Of a DNA stretch of 64,000 nucleotides, positions 9,423 to 18,986 are shown piece by piece. The stretch lies in the IMG/VR virus record IMGVR_UViG_3300000304_000038; one strand, given 5' to 3'. Position 1 is the first letter of the stretch. Every line of letters starts with the position of its first letter. Below the pieces are notes generated by a model. It was given only the letters and a program-made list of their open reading frames with translations, was not told where the DNA came from and did not search any database. Origin of the DNA: an uncultured virus (IMG/VR IMGVR_UViG_3300000304_000038). Lineage: Duplodnaviria > Heunggongvirae > Uroviricota > Caudoviricetes. Both the position numbers and the translations under genes were made by a program.

Positions 9423-10238
9423 TTAGGCTTTGCGGTCAAACTGAATGTTCTTTTCCAACATCGCCTCGGACAGGTCAAGAGCCTGAACGCACTTGGTACA
9501 AGCCGCACCCTCGCTCAGACAACGAAGCCGACAGTTCAGCTTGGTCTTTCCAAGAGTGGGTAGAATGGTACGGCAATAGTAGTTGAAAGGTACCCACTCG
9601 TTTATCTCCTGCATGTCCCCGCCCCAATCCTTCTTCTCGAACCAGATGCGATATAGGACCGCAAGCTTCTTGAAGTCATAGGACTTGTCGTGGCCGCAAT
9701 TGAATTCCGCAACATCGAAATACTTTGATATCTCATCCATGTCTCTTGGCATATATATCTGAATAGTCTCGTTGAAAGAGGGATGCGTCATGGGAACCGT
9801 GTTCAGGACGGTTCTAATTTTGATGCCATTGGCCGCACAATATCGCCGCACGTTCTCCATGTTATAGGTAAGGTCATCGCTGATATAGACCTCGGACACA
9901 TGCAGCTCCTCGACATAGGACTGAAGGTCACGAAACGAGCAACACGGGTTGTCCTCTGAGAAGAAGTATCTATGTTCCTTCTCATGGAGCTTGCCGGTAA
10001 GTGCCAAGTCAGAACTCTTCAGCCTGAAGCAAACGTTGTCAAACAGGGCGCCAAGGGCATCAGCCGTCTTGATGTCAAGACCATTGCGGTATTCGATGTT
10101 TATCTGCTTGTCCTTGAATTCCTTCACGAATGCGATAAGGTCATTGAAGTTCTGATTTGTCGGGTCAAAATAGATTTGAAACTCACTCGCAACGTCGTTC
10201 AACTCGAAATGATTCTTGAATGGAATCGCTAGTCGCAT
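9423..10238 (-). CDS. hypothetical protein, possibly U32-like, with a Cys-rich C-terminus
   Basis: ATG 10238 after GAGGT; CxxxC...CxxC tail; family assignment tentative. Confidence 0.45.
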   Translation of the reverse strand: MRLAIPFKNHFELNDVASEFQIYFDPTNQNFNDLIAFVKEFKDKQINIEYRNGLDIKTADALGALFDNVCFRLKSSDLALTGKLHEKEHRYFFSEDNPCCSFRDLQSYVEELHVSEVYISDDLTYNMENVRRYCAANGIKIRTVLNTVPMTHPSFNETIQIYMPRDMDEISKYFDVAEFNCGHDKSYDFKKLAVLYRIWFEKKDWGGDMQEINEWVPFNYYCRTILPTLGKTKLNCRLRCLSEGAACTKCVQALDLSEAMLEKNIQFDRKA

Positions 10239-10748
10239 ACCTCGATATCGCCCACCTTTCCTCGCATCCATGTGTCAAGCTGTGAGAACTCTACCCCATA
10301 CTCCGCAAGAAGGTTGTCCACCCTCTCTCTCGGAACGGGATTCCGTAGGCTCTCCTTGTAGAGGAGGTCGATTCTGTCCTCCAGCTCTTCGGCAAACATT
10401 CCTAGAACCGTATAGCTATACGGGTCAGTGATATCTAAAATAGACATGATTTCCTTTCTGCTTATTGCTACTCAAACTCGCAATTCTCGCAGTAGGTGTA
10501 ATAGTCATTCTCTGCCTCGAAGAACTTGTCCAGTCCGTCCCAAGCATCCGCAAGAAGCGAGTAGATGGCGGGTTCAACATCCTCGTCCAAATCGTCATTA
10601 GGCGTATATCCAGCCTTATACATTTCGACAAGCCCACCAAGAGCATCTGTCTTGTTGATAAACTCTACAATTGTCATTTTTACCATTTTCCTTTCTATTG
10701 GATTCTAGCTTTAGCTTATTATACCCTTTTGCCCATATTTTAGTCAAG

Positions 10749-10780
10749 AAAAAAGGGGAGCCACGGTTGGGTGGCTCCCC
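10749..10780 (-). terminator. intrinsic terminator of the Y RNA-Ro60 operon
   Basis: GGGGAGCCAC-CCAACC-GUGGCUCCCC-UUUUUU. Confidence 0.85.
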
Positions 10781-10795
10781 CGACAGAAAGGAAAA

Positions 10796-12262
10796 CTAGA
10801 TATAGGAGTAGTCGTTGATAAGATCAATGAGCGAGATACCCTGCTCCTTCATGCGAATCATATCAAAGACCTTCTCGTTGAGAGCGGTCATAAGAGTGAT
10901 ACGGCCGGAGTTGGGGCTTGCCACCTGAGTATGATAGTTGCCAAGGTCGTAGGAATAGATGTGCGTACCATTGTGAGCCGCAAGATACTTGTTCACTACG
11001 GTAACGGTAGTGACATCATAACGATGGCCCCACCAATCGGACGGACGAGCAGCCATAACCTGCATGTCAGAGATAAGAAAGATGCGGCCAAAGTCTCGAC
11101 CGCTCTTAGAGAGAACGTCGAAGGCAGGAACGATTTCCGTACCGTACCCGAGATCGTCGTTGTCCTGCATCTTGCGAATGAGGTCGAACATGTTGGACTT
11201 GAAGCTCACATCGAATGCCCTAGCATAGTTTCCGAACTTCACGAAGTAGGAATCAGGGTTGGCATAGAGGATAGCTGCCGCATACACAGCTCCCGCCTCC
11301 TTGATGGAGATACGAGAGTTCTCGGAGATTGGAGACTCCATAGAACCAGAAACGTCCAGAACGATTGCGGTCGAACCCTCGAACTGAGGCATGTTGGACA
11401 CGGAAAGACGGAACGCCTTGTCCAGAGCCGACATGATGCACACGGGAGCAAAGTCGCAGAACTTGTACGCGGTGTAAATCTGGTAGGGGAACACGAGAGA
11501 CTTCTCGATGGCCTCCTTGTTCACAATCTGCGGACAGACGTACTCCTCAATCCACTCCACGGAGGGAGCAGCCGCAATAATGTTGTTCAGGTTGCGAATG
11601 AGGGCAAGGTACCCGAGCTTGTGAGACTCAACCATATCGCGCCAGTTCTCGTCACGAGCCTCCTTGGAGCCAGCGTTGGAGATACGGTTCTCCCACGTAT
11701 CAGCAGCCGCAAGGGTACCATGCTTGTAGGCATCAATGGCCGCAGAGTGAGCGTGGGTGATGTTGATAAGGTCAAAGAGATTGTACTCCTTGCCATTCAT
11801 CTTATACTTGGAAATCTGATACTCCCCAAGAGAGGAAAGATAGTCACCGGCCCCACGGACGAGAGCGTGAGAACGCTTGGAACCAAGAGACTGAACAGCA
11901 GCGAACACCTCTGCCACACCATCGGGACGGCGGAAGTAGTGCTTGTAGAAGTCACGCTTGGTCTCGAACTGATAGTTGTTCAGCATGGCCGCAGTGAACT
12001 CGGATATGGAGCGTAATCCAAGCTCGTTGCGAGCATAGCAAGCAGCCTTGGCCGCAAAGACAGGACCATGCTTCTCAATCATCCTCTTGGTGAGGTCGAA
12101 GTAGCGGTTCATCTGGTCCTCGGCAGACTCATAGAAGCCGTCCTGCATCAGCGAGGAGAAGATGAAGTTGACCCACTCCTCCTCAAGAGACTTCTCGTAG
12201 AGTTCAGCTCCCTCATAGGATTCGGCCATTGCGGGCGTGGACTTCACGTTGAACTTGGACAT
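10796..12262 (-). CDS. rsr: Ro60/Rsr (TROVE + vWA) RNA-binding protein
   Basis: FYE...YARNELGLRS, DTWE, LGYLALIRNLNNI TROVE motifs; vWA MIDAS LDVSGSM, GT, ISDMQ. Confidence 0.92.
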   Translation of the reverse strand: MSKFNVKSTPAMAESYEGAELYEKSLEEEWVNFIFSSLMQDGFYESAEDQMNRYFDLTKRMIEKHGPVFAAKAACYARNELGLRSISEFTAAMLNNYQFETKRDFYKHYFRRPDGVAEVFAAVQSLGSKRSHALVRGAGDYLSSLGEYQISKYKMNGKEYNLFDLINITHAHSAAIDAYKHGTLAAADTWENRISNAGSKEARDENWRDMVESHKLGYLALIRNLNNIIAAAPSVEWIEEYVCPQIVNKEAIEKSLVFPYQIYTAYKFCDFAPVCIMSALDKAFRLSVSNMPQFEGSTAIVLDVSGSMESPISENSRISIKEAGAVYAAAILYANPDSYFVKFGNYARAFDVSFKSNMFDLIRKMQDNDDLGYGTEIVPAFDVLSKSGRDFGRIFLISDMQVMAARPSDWWGHRYDVTTVTVVNKYLAAHNGTHIYSYDLGNYHTQVASPNSGRITLMTALNEKVFDMIRMKEQGISLIDLINDYSYI

Positions 12263-12274
12263 ATAGAACTCCTT

Positions 12275-12363
12275 TCAGGAAACAATGAGCAGAGGGTTGG
12301 GCGATAAAAAGGATGGCATCGCAATACTTGAAATGTATGAAGTAACTCTGCCCCCATCACTGA
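12275..12363 (-). ncRNA. Y-RNA-like unit 4 (no tRNA-like domain)
   Basis: UCAG-UGAUGG-GGGCAGAG-UUACUUC...CUCUGCUC...UUUC-CUGA; 3' end abuts the Ro60 SD. Confidence 0.75.
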
Positions 12364-12382
12364 TTATATACGAAAAAAGACT

Positions 12383-12474
12383 GGCGGAAATACAAGTTGC
12401 GGGAAAAAATCTGTAAACCACAATATCCCAAAATAATATCTGTTATAAGAAGTAACCGCAACTACCATCACGCC
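12383..12474 (-). ncRNA. Y-RNA-like unit 3 (no tRNA-like domain)
   Basis: GGCG-UGAUGG-UAGUUGCGG-UUACUUC...CCGCAACU...UUUC-CGCC. Confidence 0.75.
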
Positions 12475-12531
12475 GCATGTCTCCTTTTATCCCACCCAGC
12501 AATGCCGAATGGGAGGAAAGGGGACACGAAA

Positions 12532-12667
12532 AAACGAGGAAATATTTAGAAGAGTGCTATAACCTGCTCTACCAACTGAGCTACCTCGCCTCACGGCAAG
12601 GGTTGGACTCGAACCAACGACACGGGGTTTTCCATACCGAAGTAACTCTTCTGACCGTCACTCGTTT
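12532..12667 (-). ncRNA. yrlA: YrlA-type Y RNA unit 2 (permuted tRNA-like domain)
   Basis: Terminal stem motif, then T arm GUUGG-UUCGAGU-CCAAC, closed acceptor-like hairpin CUUGCC-GUGA-GGCGAG, D arm UAGCUCAGUUGGUAGAGC. Confidence 0.85.
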
Positions 12668-12681
12668 CGACTGTTCTAGAT

Positions 12682-12832
12682 AAGACAAGGAAGTTAGCAA
12701 GCGGAGTTTCAAAAAATACCGCCGTTTTACCAGTTCCTACTACCCGCCCCTTCCGGGGCAGAGAGGGAATTGAACCCTCAACTGCGACCCACCAAATTTT
12801 ATGAAGTAACTCACACTTCCATCACTTGTCTT
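12682..12832 (-). ncRNA. yrlA: YrlA-type Y RNA unit 1 (permuted tRNA-like domain)
   Basis: AAGACAAG-UGAUGG...GAGUUACUUC, T arm GAGGG-UUCAAUU-CCCUC, closed acceptor-like hairpin CUGCCCC-GGAA-GGGGCGG, degenerate D arm. Confidence 0.8.
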
Positions 12833-12838
12833 TGTTTT

Positions 12839-12868
12839 ATTATACCCAATCTCTTGGGAATTAGTCAA
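12839..12868 (-). promoter_or_regulatory. sigma-70-type promoter for the Y RNA-Ro60 operon
   Basis: TTGACT-18 nt-TATAAT, about 7 nt upstream of Y RNA unit 1. Confidence 0.75.
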
Positions 12869-13173
12869 GAAAAATCTTTGGCTAATTTTGAATTTTTCTT
12901 GTGCGGGCGGGCGTGATTCGCGCCGCATTGCCCGCGACTATTATATTACACTATCGGATGCTTTATGCCAAGGAATTTTTTGGAAAGATTCAAAAATACG
13001 AGGGAGCCTCCTTGTAGACGAGAACCGTACCACCACCAAAGTAGTCTACCATAGCCTGAAAGCTATCTCGCACATCTTGAAGATACTCCATGTCGGTAAT
13101 GTCCTCAGAGACGAAGTAGGAACCACGGGTGGTGTGCGCAACAACAACGTAATGATAACCCATAAAGACTCTC

Positions 13174-13857
13174 CTAACCATGAAAACCAGAATAATCAAG
13201 AATCACTATGCGGCCCTGCTTATCAACGCCGCAATTCCTAGATATGATATCATCATCAATCTCATGCTCTCGAAGGATGCGGCCAAGCTCTACCGTATCA
13301 TCGAAGCCCCAGCATTCGACAAACATACTCATAAGAATGTCGCTGAACGTGTTATCGTGAGTGTCATCCTTGTATCGCCGCACCTTGTTCTTAGAGTCAT
13401 CACTGGCCTTATAACAGAAGTGAGGCTGTACCCTGTCAGACACGTAGATGGGGACCATGCCATAGAAGCCCTCGAAGGTCGTGGCCGCAAACATCTTCTC
13501 GAATCCGTTGGTCTCTTGGACCATATCTATATACTTCTGGGCCTCCAACTCGCAATAGTTGTACTCCCATTCCTCTACCTCACCCTTGTCCTCTAGGATG
13601 AAACGCTGCTGGTCCGCATCATAACACGCCTCGCCGTGAATGGGAATCTTGATTACGTAATCGTCAACCCCTTCGAGCGCAATCACGAGTTTGGAGGCAC
13701 CCGCGCGACACCATTCGACAGCGTTGAGAGAGCTGATGTGGTCATAGTTATACTCATCACAACAGTCTACCCAGAGTTCATCGTCAAGCTCGTAATCATA
13801 AAATGACACATTGGTAAGAATATCACAAAAAAGTTTATACACATCTTGCCGATTCAA
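13174..13857 (-). CDS. protein-kinase-like fold protein
   Basis: GASKLV, VIKIP, conserved E, DD..SRNCG and ILDYSG resemble kinase subdomains I, II, III, VIb, VII. Confidence 0.65.
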   Translation of the reverse strand: MNRQDVYKLFCDILTNVSFYDYELDDELWVDCCDEYNYDHISSLNAVEWCRAGASKLVIALEGVDDYVIKIPIHGEACYDADQQRFILEDKGEVEEWEYNYCELEAQKYIDMVQETNGFEKMFAATTFEGFYGMVPIYVSDRVQPHFCYKASDDSKNKVRRYKDDTHDNTFSDILMSMFVECWGFDDTVELGRILREHEIDDDIISRNCGVDKQGRIVILDYSGFHG

Positions 13858-13941
13858 CTTGGCATCACTCCTTTCCTATGATATAATCCTACCTTGTACG
13901 CATATAAGTTGAAAATAGTTTTATTTAGGGAGGTGCGGCGA

Positions 13942-14313
13942 ATGTACGTTACACTACGTTGTCAGAAATGCGACAACATAGACTGTCCAATAGCGCGGTT
14001 GTATGTGCCGTATGACTCACTCGAAGGATGCACGAGAGAGGTATCGGAAGACCTCGCCGCACAATACACCCATGCTATCGAGGAAGTCCTCCCCTTCGCA
14101 AAAACAAGCTCACAGTTTGATTCCGTCGAGAGAATCTTGAACGGAGTCTATCAATCCAATATCGGACGAAAGTTGGACGTGCGGGGTAAGGCTCTGCCGC
14201 AACGGGAATGTCCCACAGAGTCCAAAGACACTCCGGCTCATACGGAACATACGTCACAGTCTCCCCATCAGGAGTCAGAACAAATACGTAAAATAGATAT
14301 CCTTCATCTATGA
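13942..14313 (+). CDS. hypothetical Cys-rich protein
   Basis: GGGAGGT SD then ATG; CxxC..C; overlaps a convergent ORF. Confidence 0.45.
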   Translation: MYVTLRCQKCDNIDCPIARLYVPYDSLEGCTREVSEDLAAQYTHAIEEVLPFAKTSSQFDSVERILNGVYQSNIGRKLDVRGKALPQRECPTESKDTPAHTEHTSQSPHQESEQIRKIDILHL

Positions 14314-15492
14314 TGCGAACCTCATAGACCTCGTTCTTATAGAACTGAAAAGGGGGCAGCACGTCAATCTTGTCATACAGCTCGTCCTCTCCGATATAAC
14401 GTGCAAGCCCCCTATAGACCTCCTTACAGAACATCAATCGGCTCCCAAGTGTCGAGAAGCTCGCTCTTGCCCATGCGGGACTGGTCCACTATGCGCTTGG
14501 ACTTGTCGTAGGTCCAGACGGTATAGCGGTTGGTCTCCATGAGGAAGACGGTGATATCGCTCTTCGCATCGCTCTTCTTGTTACGAGCAGGGCCATTGTA
14601 GCAGACTACCATCAATACTCCTCTCGACTTCTGGCGCAAGCCATGAAATCATCATAGTCCTTGATGCGGCGATTGGTTTCAGGAAAGTTCATGTCCCACT
14701 CAGCCGCAAGAGACTTGAAATTCTGATACACTCTTGGAAAGGTGGTATCACAATGAACGTACTTGTGGTCAGTCAGATAGACAACGAACTGGTCATACGG
14801 AAGCCGCATGATGCACACTCGATAATATGCACCATACCCATCCTTGTGCCAGTGGAACTGTCCCTTGACGGTCGGATAAGTCTCCAGCATCAATACTCCT
14901 TGACATCATCGTAGTTGTCGGAAGAAACCATAATCATATCGTCGTTGTCAACGTCCTTCAGAAACGCACCATACTCGTCCACATAATCGACAACGCAGAC
15001 ACGTCCCATATACAGCACGTACTGTCCCTCACGAATCATACAGTCTCCTTTCGACTCTTCCCCTCTGTCTATAGATATTATAACACCCCCTCGCCGCAGA
15101 TGGCAAGGTGGTATTTTTTTAGCTGTACGCTCTCAGAAGGTCATGGATTGTCCAGCGAATAGTAGCATCCTTTGTGGTCTCGATGCAATACACCGCATTT
15201 CCGTACTGCCACTTCTCGAAGTCCTTCTCATTGGGCTTGTATGGAAGCTCGTTACCAGAGATAGTGGAGTAGTAGCGAAAACGGCTATGGTCAAAAAGGT
15301 CTACCACCATTCCAGAATACCTCCAATAGTATAAGCGAAACCACATACGAGAACGGCCCCAATGATGATGCCGCCAGCTATCCCGAACGTCAGGAGATAG
15401 CCGAGACCGATGACCACCAAGAGAACGACGCAACAGAGCAGAAGGAACTTGATGAAGTTTATCATCTTGCGCTCAAAGCTTCTACGACTCAA
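14075..15492 (-). other. cluster of short hypothetical ORFs (14075-14437, 14424-about 14610, 14612-14893, about 14890-15039, 15119-about 15310, 15301-15492)
   Basis: Tandem short minus-strand ORFs with overlapping start/stop codons and SD sequences. Confidence 0.5.
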
Positions 15493-15504
15493 TCCATACC
15501 TCCC

Positions 15505-16458
15505 TTACAATCCCAGATAGTCTCGCACCTTTTGGTTGATAAGGTTGCGGACGTTACCAAAGTTTACAGTTACCTTCATCTTCTTCTTCAGAACGAAGTC
15601 AACGAGATTGTCTTCGATTACAGAAGTCACGACCTCGTTCATGGTGCGGCCAATGAGAGCCTTGTCGTTGGTCCACTCGTCAACGCCCATCGCCACCATG
15701 ACCTTCGCCTGAGCCTTGGAAATCTCAGATACGGTACAGAACTGCTCAACGAACTCTCGCTCGGTCTCACCGTTTGCCTGAGCGATGTTAGCCTTGGACT
15801 TGCGGCTCTTATTGTCGAGATAGTCCTGACGAACCATCTTGCCAATAAAAGGATGACCATATTTATCTCGATAGTCATAGTTATAAATAACTATTCCCTC
15901 ACCAAACTGATTCGCCGGAAGATTATAATTATTTTTATCCATCAAAGAAACTATATCAGATAAAGATGGGTGAGACAAAACAGCTATTGGTGTTAGCGTT
16001 TTATCGTAAAAGGACTTCAGCATATGCTCATAATCTGGATAGGGTATATAGATTCCTTTTTCTGCGTCAAAAATTGCAAAAATAAAGAAACCTCCATCTA
16101 GATAATTTTTGATGGAACCTACGAACTTAGGTGTTTCAGAAACATGTCCAATAAACTCACCGTATACGATAAGTCCTTCATTGTCTAAACAAAATTGTCT
16201 AAGAGCTGCAATCTGTGTATCCTGAGAATCCATAATATATCTACAGAAATTAGCGTTATCATTCTCCATATCTATCTCTCGTTTACGAGAACCGCAGTGA
16301 ATTTGACCTTGACTAGCCCACACCAAACTTGATGTTCCATCAATTTTTGGAAAGATATAAATCGTATCAGAATCAAGAAAATCAAAAATGTTTACTTTCC
16401 TATCACATAACTTCTCAACATGCGTAAAAGATCTATACTCTACATTTTTGACTGTCAC
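15505..16458 (-). CDS. ATP-dependent RNA ligase (Rnl2-like)
   Basis: Nucleotidyltransferase motifs PKIDGT (I), GSRKR (Ia), YGEF (III), FFIFAI (IIIa), EGIV (IV), IGKMV (V). Confidence 0.8.
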   Translation of the reverse strand: MTVKNVEYRSFTHVEKLCDRKVNIFDFLDSDTIYIFPKIDGTSSLVWASQGQIHCGSRKREIDMENDNANFCRYIMDSQDTQIAALRQFCLDNEGLIVYGEFIGHVSETPKFVGSIKNYLDGGFFIFAIFDAEKGIYIPYPDYEHMLKSFYDKTLTPIAVLSHPSLSDIVSLMDKNNYNLPANQFGEGIVIYNYDYRDKYGHPFIGKMVRQDYLDNKSRKSKANIAQANGETEREFVEQFCTVSEISKAQAKVMVAMGVDEWTNDKALIGRTMNEVVTSVIEDNLVDFVLKKKMKVTVNFGNVRNLINQKVRDYLGL

Positions 16459-17212
16459 TTTTTACCTCTTTCAATATTTCTTTTATTCGTTCTTCTATAA
16501 TATTATATTCTAAATAGGATATTCTATATAATGGAATTTGGTTTTTAGCACAATATTCTGTTTTTATTCTATCTCTTTCTTGTTGTGCGTAATAATCATC
16601 TTTATGATTCTCATACCACGTTCCTTTTGTACCATAATGCTGTTTACCATCATATTCTATACAACAATTGTAGTCTGGAAGATAAAAATCAAATCTAAGA
16701 GGTCTAATTTTCTTACAATCTGAAAAACTATATTGTGGTATATATTTTATCCCTTGTTTTTGTAGCTCTTCTTCAACTTTTACTTCTCCTAATGACGTAT
16801 GACAAACTCCACAAGATTGAGTATGACCAGTTTTTAGATTGTTTGCACGGACTTCTCGAAAACGTCCGCAATCACATTGACAAAGCCACAGCTGATGTTT
16901 GTTATTACAAACACTTCCTAGATACTTTACAACAACTAAATACCCAAACCTTCTACCTAATAAATTATCTACAACCGGTCTACCTTTTTCATCTCTAACA
17001 TGTCCGTGTTTTCTACTACATTCTTTACAGCGAAATTGTGGATTTTTAGCTCTTTTTACGCCCTCTATAGTAGCTATAAAAGTATTTGTCTTACATTCTC
17101 CACATAAAAACCTAGCTCTACGTCTACTATTATTAGAAGGGACTTCTTCAATAAAAATAGTCCCTTTATCATTCATAACTTGTCCATAAGAATATTGTAT
17201 CGCTTTAGTCAT
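16433..17212 (-). CDS. free-standing putative homing endonuclease (CxCDCG repeat + PD-(D/E)xK-like domain)
   Basis: GRRFGYLVV...CQCDCG...SCG, then LRFDFY...IEYDGKQHY; AT-rich. Confidence 0.75.
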   Translation of the reverse strand: MTKAIQYSYGQVMNDKGTIFIEEVPSNNSRRRARFLCGECKTNTFIATIEGVKRAKNPQFRCKECSRKHGHVRDEKGRPVVDNLLGRRFGYLVVVKYLGSVCNNKHQLWLCQCDCGRFREVRANNLKTGHTQSCGVCHTSLGEVKVEEELQKQGIKYIPQYSFSDCKKIRPLRFDFYLPDYNCCIEYDGKQHYGTKGTWYENHKDDYYAQQERDRIKTEYCAKNQIPLYRISYLEYNIIEERIKEILKEVKSDSQKCRV

Positions 17213-17357
17213 TACGAATACCTTTTTCAACCATTAGACGAATAAATTCACTAATATTAGTTATTCGTAACTCACAAGCCTTATCAACCCACCGTTTATA
17301 CATTTCTTCATTTAGCTTTAGATTCAAAGAGATTTTTCCATTTTTAGCTTTGGGCAT
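17205..17357 (-). CDS. small ribbon-helix-helix-like protein
   Basis: 50 aa MPKAKNGKISLNLKLNEEMYKRWVDKACELRITNISEFIRLMVEKGIRND; AAAGGA SD; ATGACTAA overlap with the endonuclease start. Confidence 0.6.
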   Translation of the reverse strand: MPKAKNGKISLNLKLNEEMYKRWVDKACELRITNISEFIRLMVEKGIRND

Positions 17358-17672
17358 ATCTATATATCCTTTCTCTTATATTACTTTACCCCTATATTAC
17401 TATATAAAATATAGATTATCTTATTTATATAGATATACCCAAAAATATTCAGTTATATACTAAGCTTTACTATCAGTTCTCCCTCCAGAATCTCTCAAAT
17501 CCTCTATATGAATCATACTAGTCTCCTCTCTTTTGGACAAAGCCATTATAGCCTACCCAATAGAGAGTTGACAATGGGGGATTTGCGGCGAAGGGAAGAA
17601 TATATTGTTGCCATCTTTGGCCGCAAAATGCTATAATATAGTCAACACAGGGAACGACAGAAAGGAAAACAC

Positions 17673-18029
17673 ATGAACTTCACTGCCTATTGCAACGAGG
17701 TCTTCTCGTATGCTTGCGAGTACATTGATGACAACTATCTCCACTACAACGATGTTGACGAGCTGATTGACGAGTGCCGCCTCGCCGTCACCGGAAACGA
17801 CAACGGCTCCTATTACATGAACTCCAACCGTGCGAAGGACGAGGCTTCCGAGGTCGAGGATAACATCATGGACGAGATTATTCTCTATTATGGCAGCGAG
17901 TTCGTTGCCTCTCTCCTTCTTCACGACTGGGAGGGTATGGATGTTGTCATTCGAGACTATGCCTTCGACAACAAGCTCGGAGAGATTGAGGAGTATGCCC
18001 GTCAGCGTATGGAGGAGGAGGAGGAGTAG
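17673..18029 (+). CDS. very acidic hypothetical protein
   Basis: TTGCCA-18-TATAAT promoter, AAAGGA SD, D/E-rich. Confidence 0.7.
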   Translation: MNFTAYCNEVFSYACEYIDDNYLHYNDVDELIDECRLAVTGNDNGSYYMNSNRAKDEASEVEDNIMDEIILYYGSEFVASLLLHDWEGMDVVIRDYAFDNKLGEIEEYARQRMEEEEE

Positions 18030-18110
18030 ATGTTCGAGGATATCTGCATAGTTATTTGCTTCCTGTTCTACCTTGCCTATATTGTCTATCTTGTGTACGT
18101 ATTCAGATAG

Positions 18111-18148
18111 CAAAAAAAAGCCCCTGCCTTGCGGCGGGGGCTTTTTTT
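18111..18148. terminator. bidirectional intrinsic terminator
   Basis: A-tract GCCCCTGCC-TTGC-GGCGGGGGC T-tract between convergent genes. Confidence 0.75.
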
Positions 18149-18986
18149 ATTTGAATTTCTGAAACCACATCTTTTCTATGATATCCCGCAGCTCTTTCAC
18201 TTCGTAGGGAAAGTGGTACAGGCAGCAGCAATCATAGTGATGGTCCGCCCTGCTTGGGTTGTGATATGGGAAGAAGTCATAGTGAAAGTGTCCGTGGAAC
18301 CAAGAGTCATAGTCAAGAGTCTCCGCAAGAGCCTGAAGATACTTCTCACCGACTGTTGGAACCATGCGTGGTTCGCCTCCTCCATGCGGCGAGGCGATCT
18401 CCGTGAAATAGGCAGGACAGTCATGGGAGAGAACGAGGTCGAAATGGTCTTCGTTATCAGCGAGAAGCTTGTAGAGAGCCGTGGTGTTGATTGCCTCCTG
18501 CGGCCACCACGTCTTGCCGATGATGCGGTAGAACTGCTCTCGGAAGGCTCGACTCGTGTAACTCGGCTTTCTCTCGGGAAAGCAGATACTATCAATGTCG
18601 TGAGAGTCCGCTCCCGGAATGAGAAGACAGTGATAGCCCGCAATGTCCGCGATGCATGGCTCGTCAACGATATACTGGTTGTGATAAGACTTGCCGTTTA
18701 CCGAAAGTCTCTTCATCTTTGGGCAATTATAGATTGTCGATGCCATAGAAGAATAGTCAAGGCTCTCCGCAAAATCATAATTATCATGGTTGCCAAACAT
18801 GTATATCACATTGAAGGGCTTCATGGCAAGGCTCTTGGCTACGAACTCAGTTGTCTTGTCGGCACCGGGCCAGCCGATTCCCGTGTCGCCTAGAATGATT
18901 ACCGTGTCGTTCTCGTCAAGCTCCCGAAACTCTGGGAACTTCTTGTATGAGAACGCACTCGCATTGTCTCCGTGGGTATCGCTCAA
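18147..18986 (-). CDS. calcineurin-like metallophosphoesterase (5' end frameshifted, see findings)
   Basis: DTHG, GD, GNHD, SH, GHFH motifs. Confidence 0.85.
   Translation of the reverse strand: MSDTHGDNASAFSYKKFPEFRELDENDTVIILGDTGIGWPGADKTTEFVAKSLAMKPFNVIYMFGNHDNYDFAESLDYSSMASTIYNCPKMKRLSVNGKSYHNQYIVDEPCIADIAGYHCLLIPGADSHDIDSICFPERKPSYTSRAFREQFYRIIGKTWWPQEAINTTALYKLLADNEDHFDLVLSHDCPAYFTEIASPHGGGEPRMVPTVGEKYLQALAETLDYDSWFHGHFHYDFFPYHNPSRADHHYDCCCLYHFPYEVKELRDIIEKMWFQKFK

Noticed and set aside
10931..12016. 361 aa + strand ORF
   Set aside because: Antisense shadow of the codon-biased Ro60 gene; no SD or motifs
12275..12832. CRISPR array or ordinary tRNA cluster
   Set aside because: The repeat is only two short motifs within variable paired stems, with irregular spacing and no cas genes. 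The tRNA arms are in permuted order with no anticodon arm.
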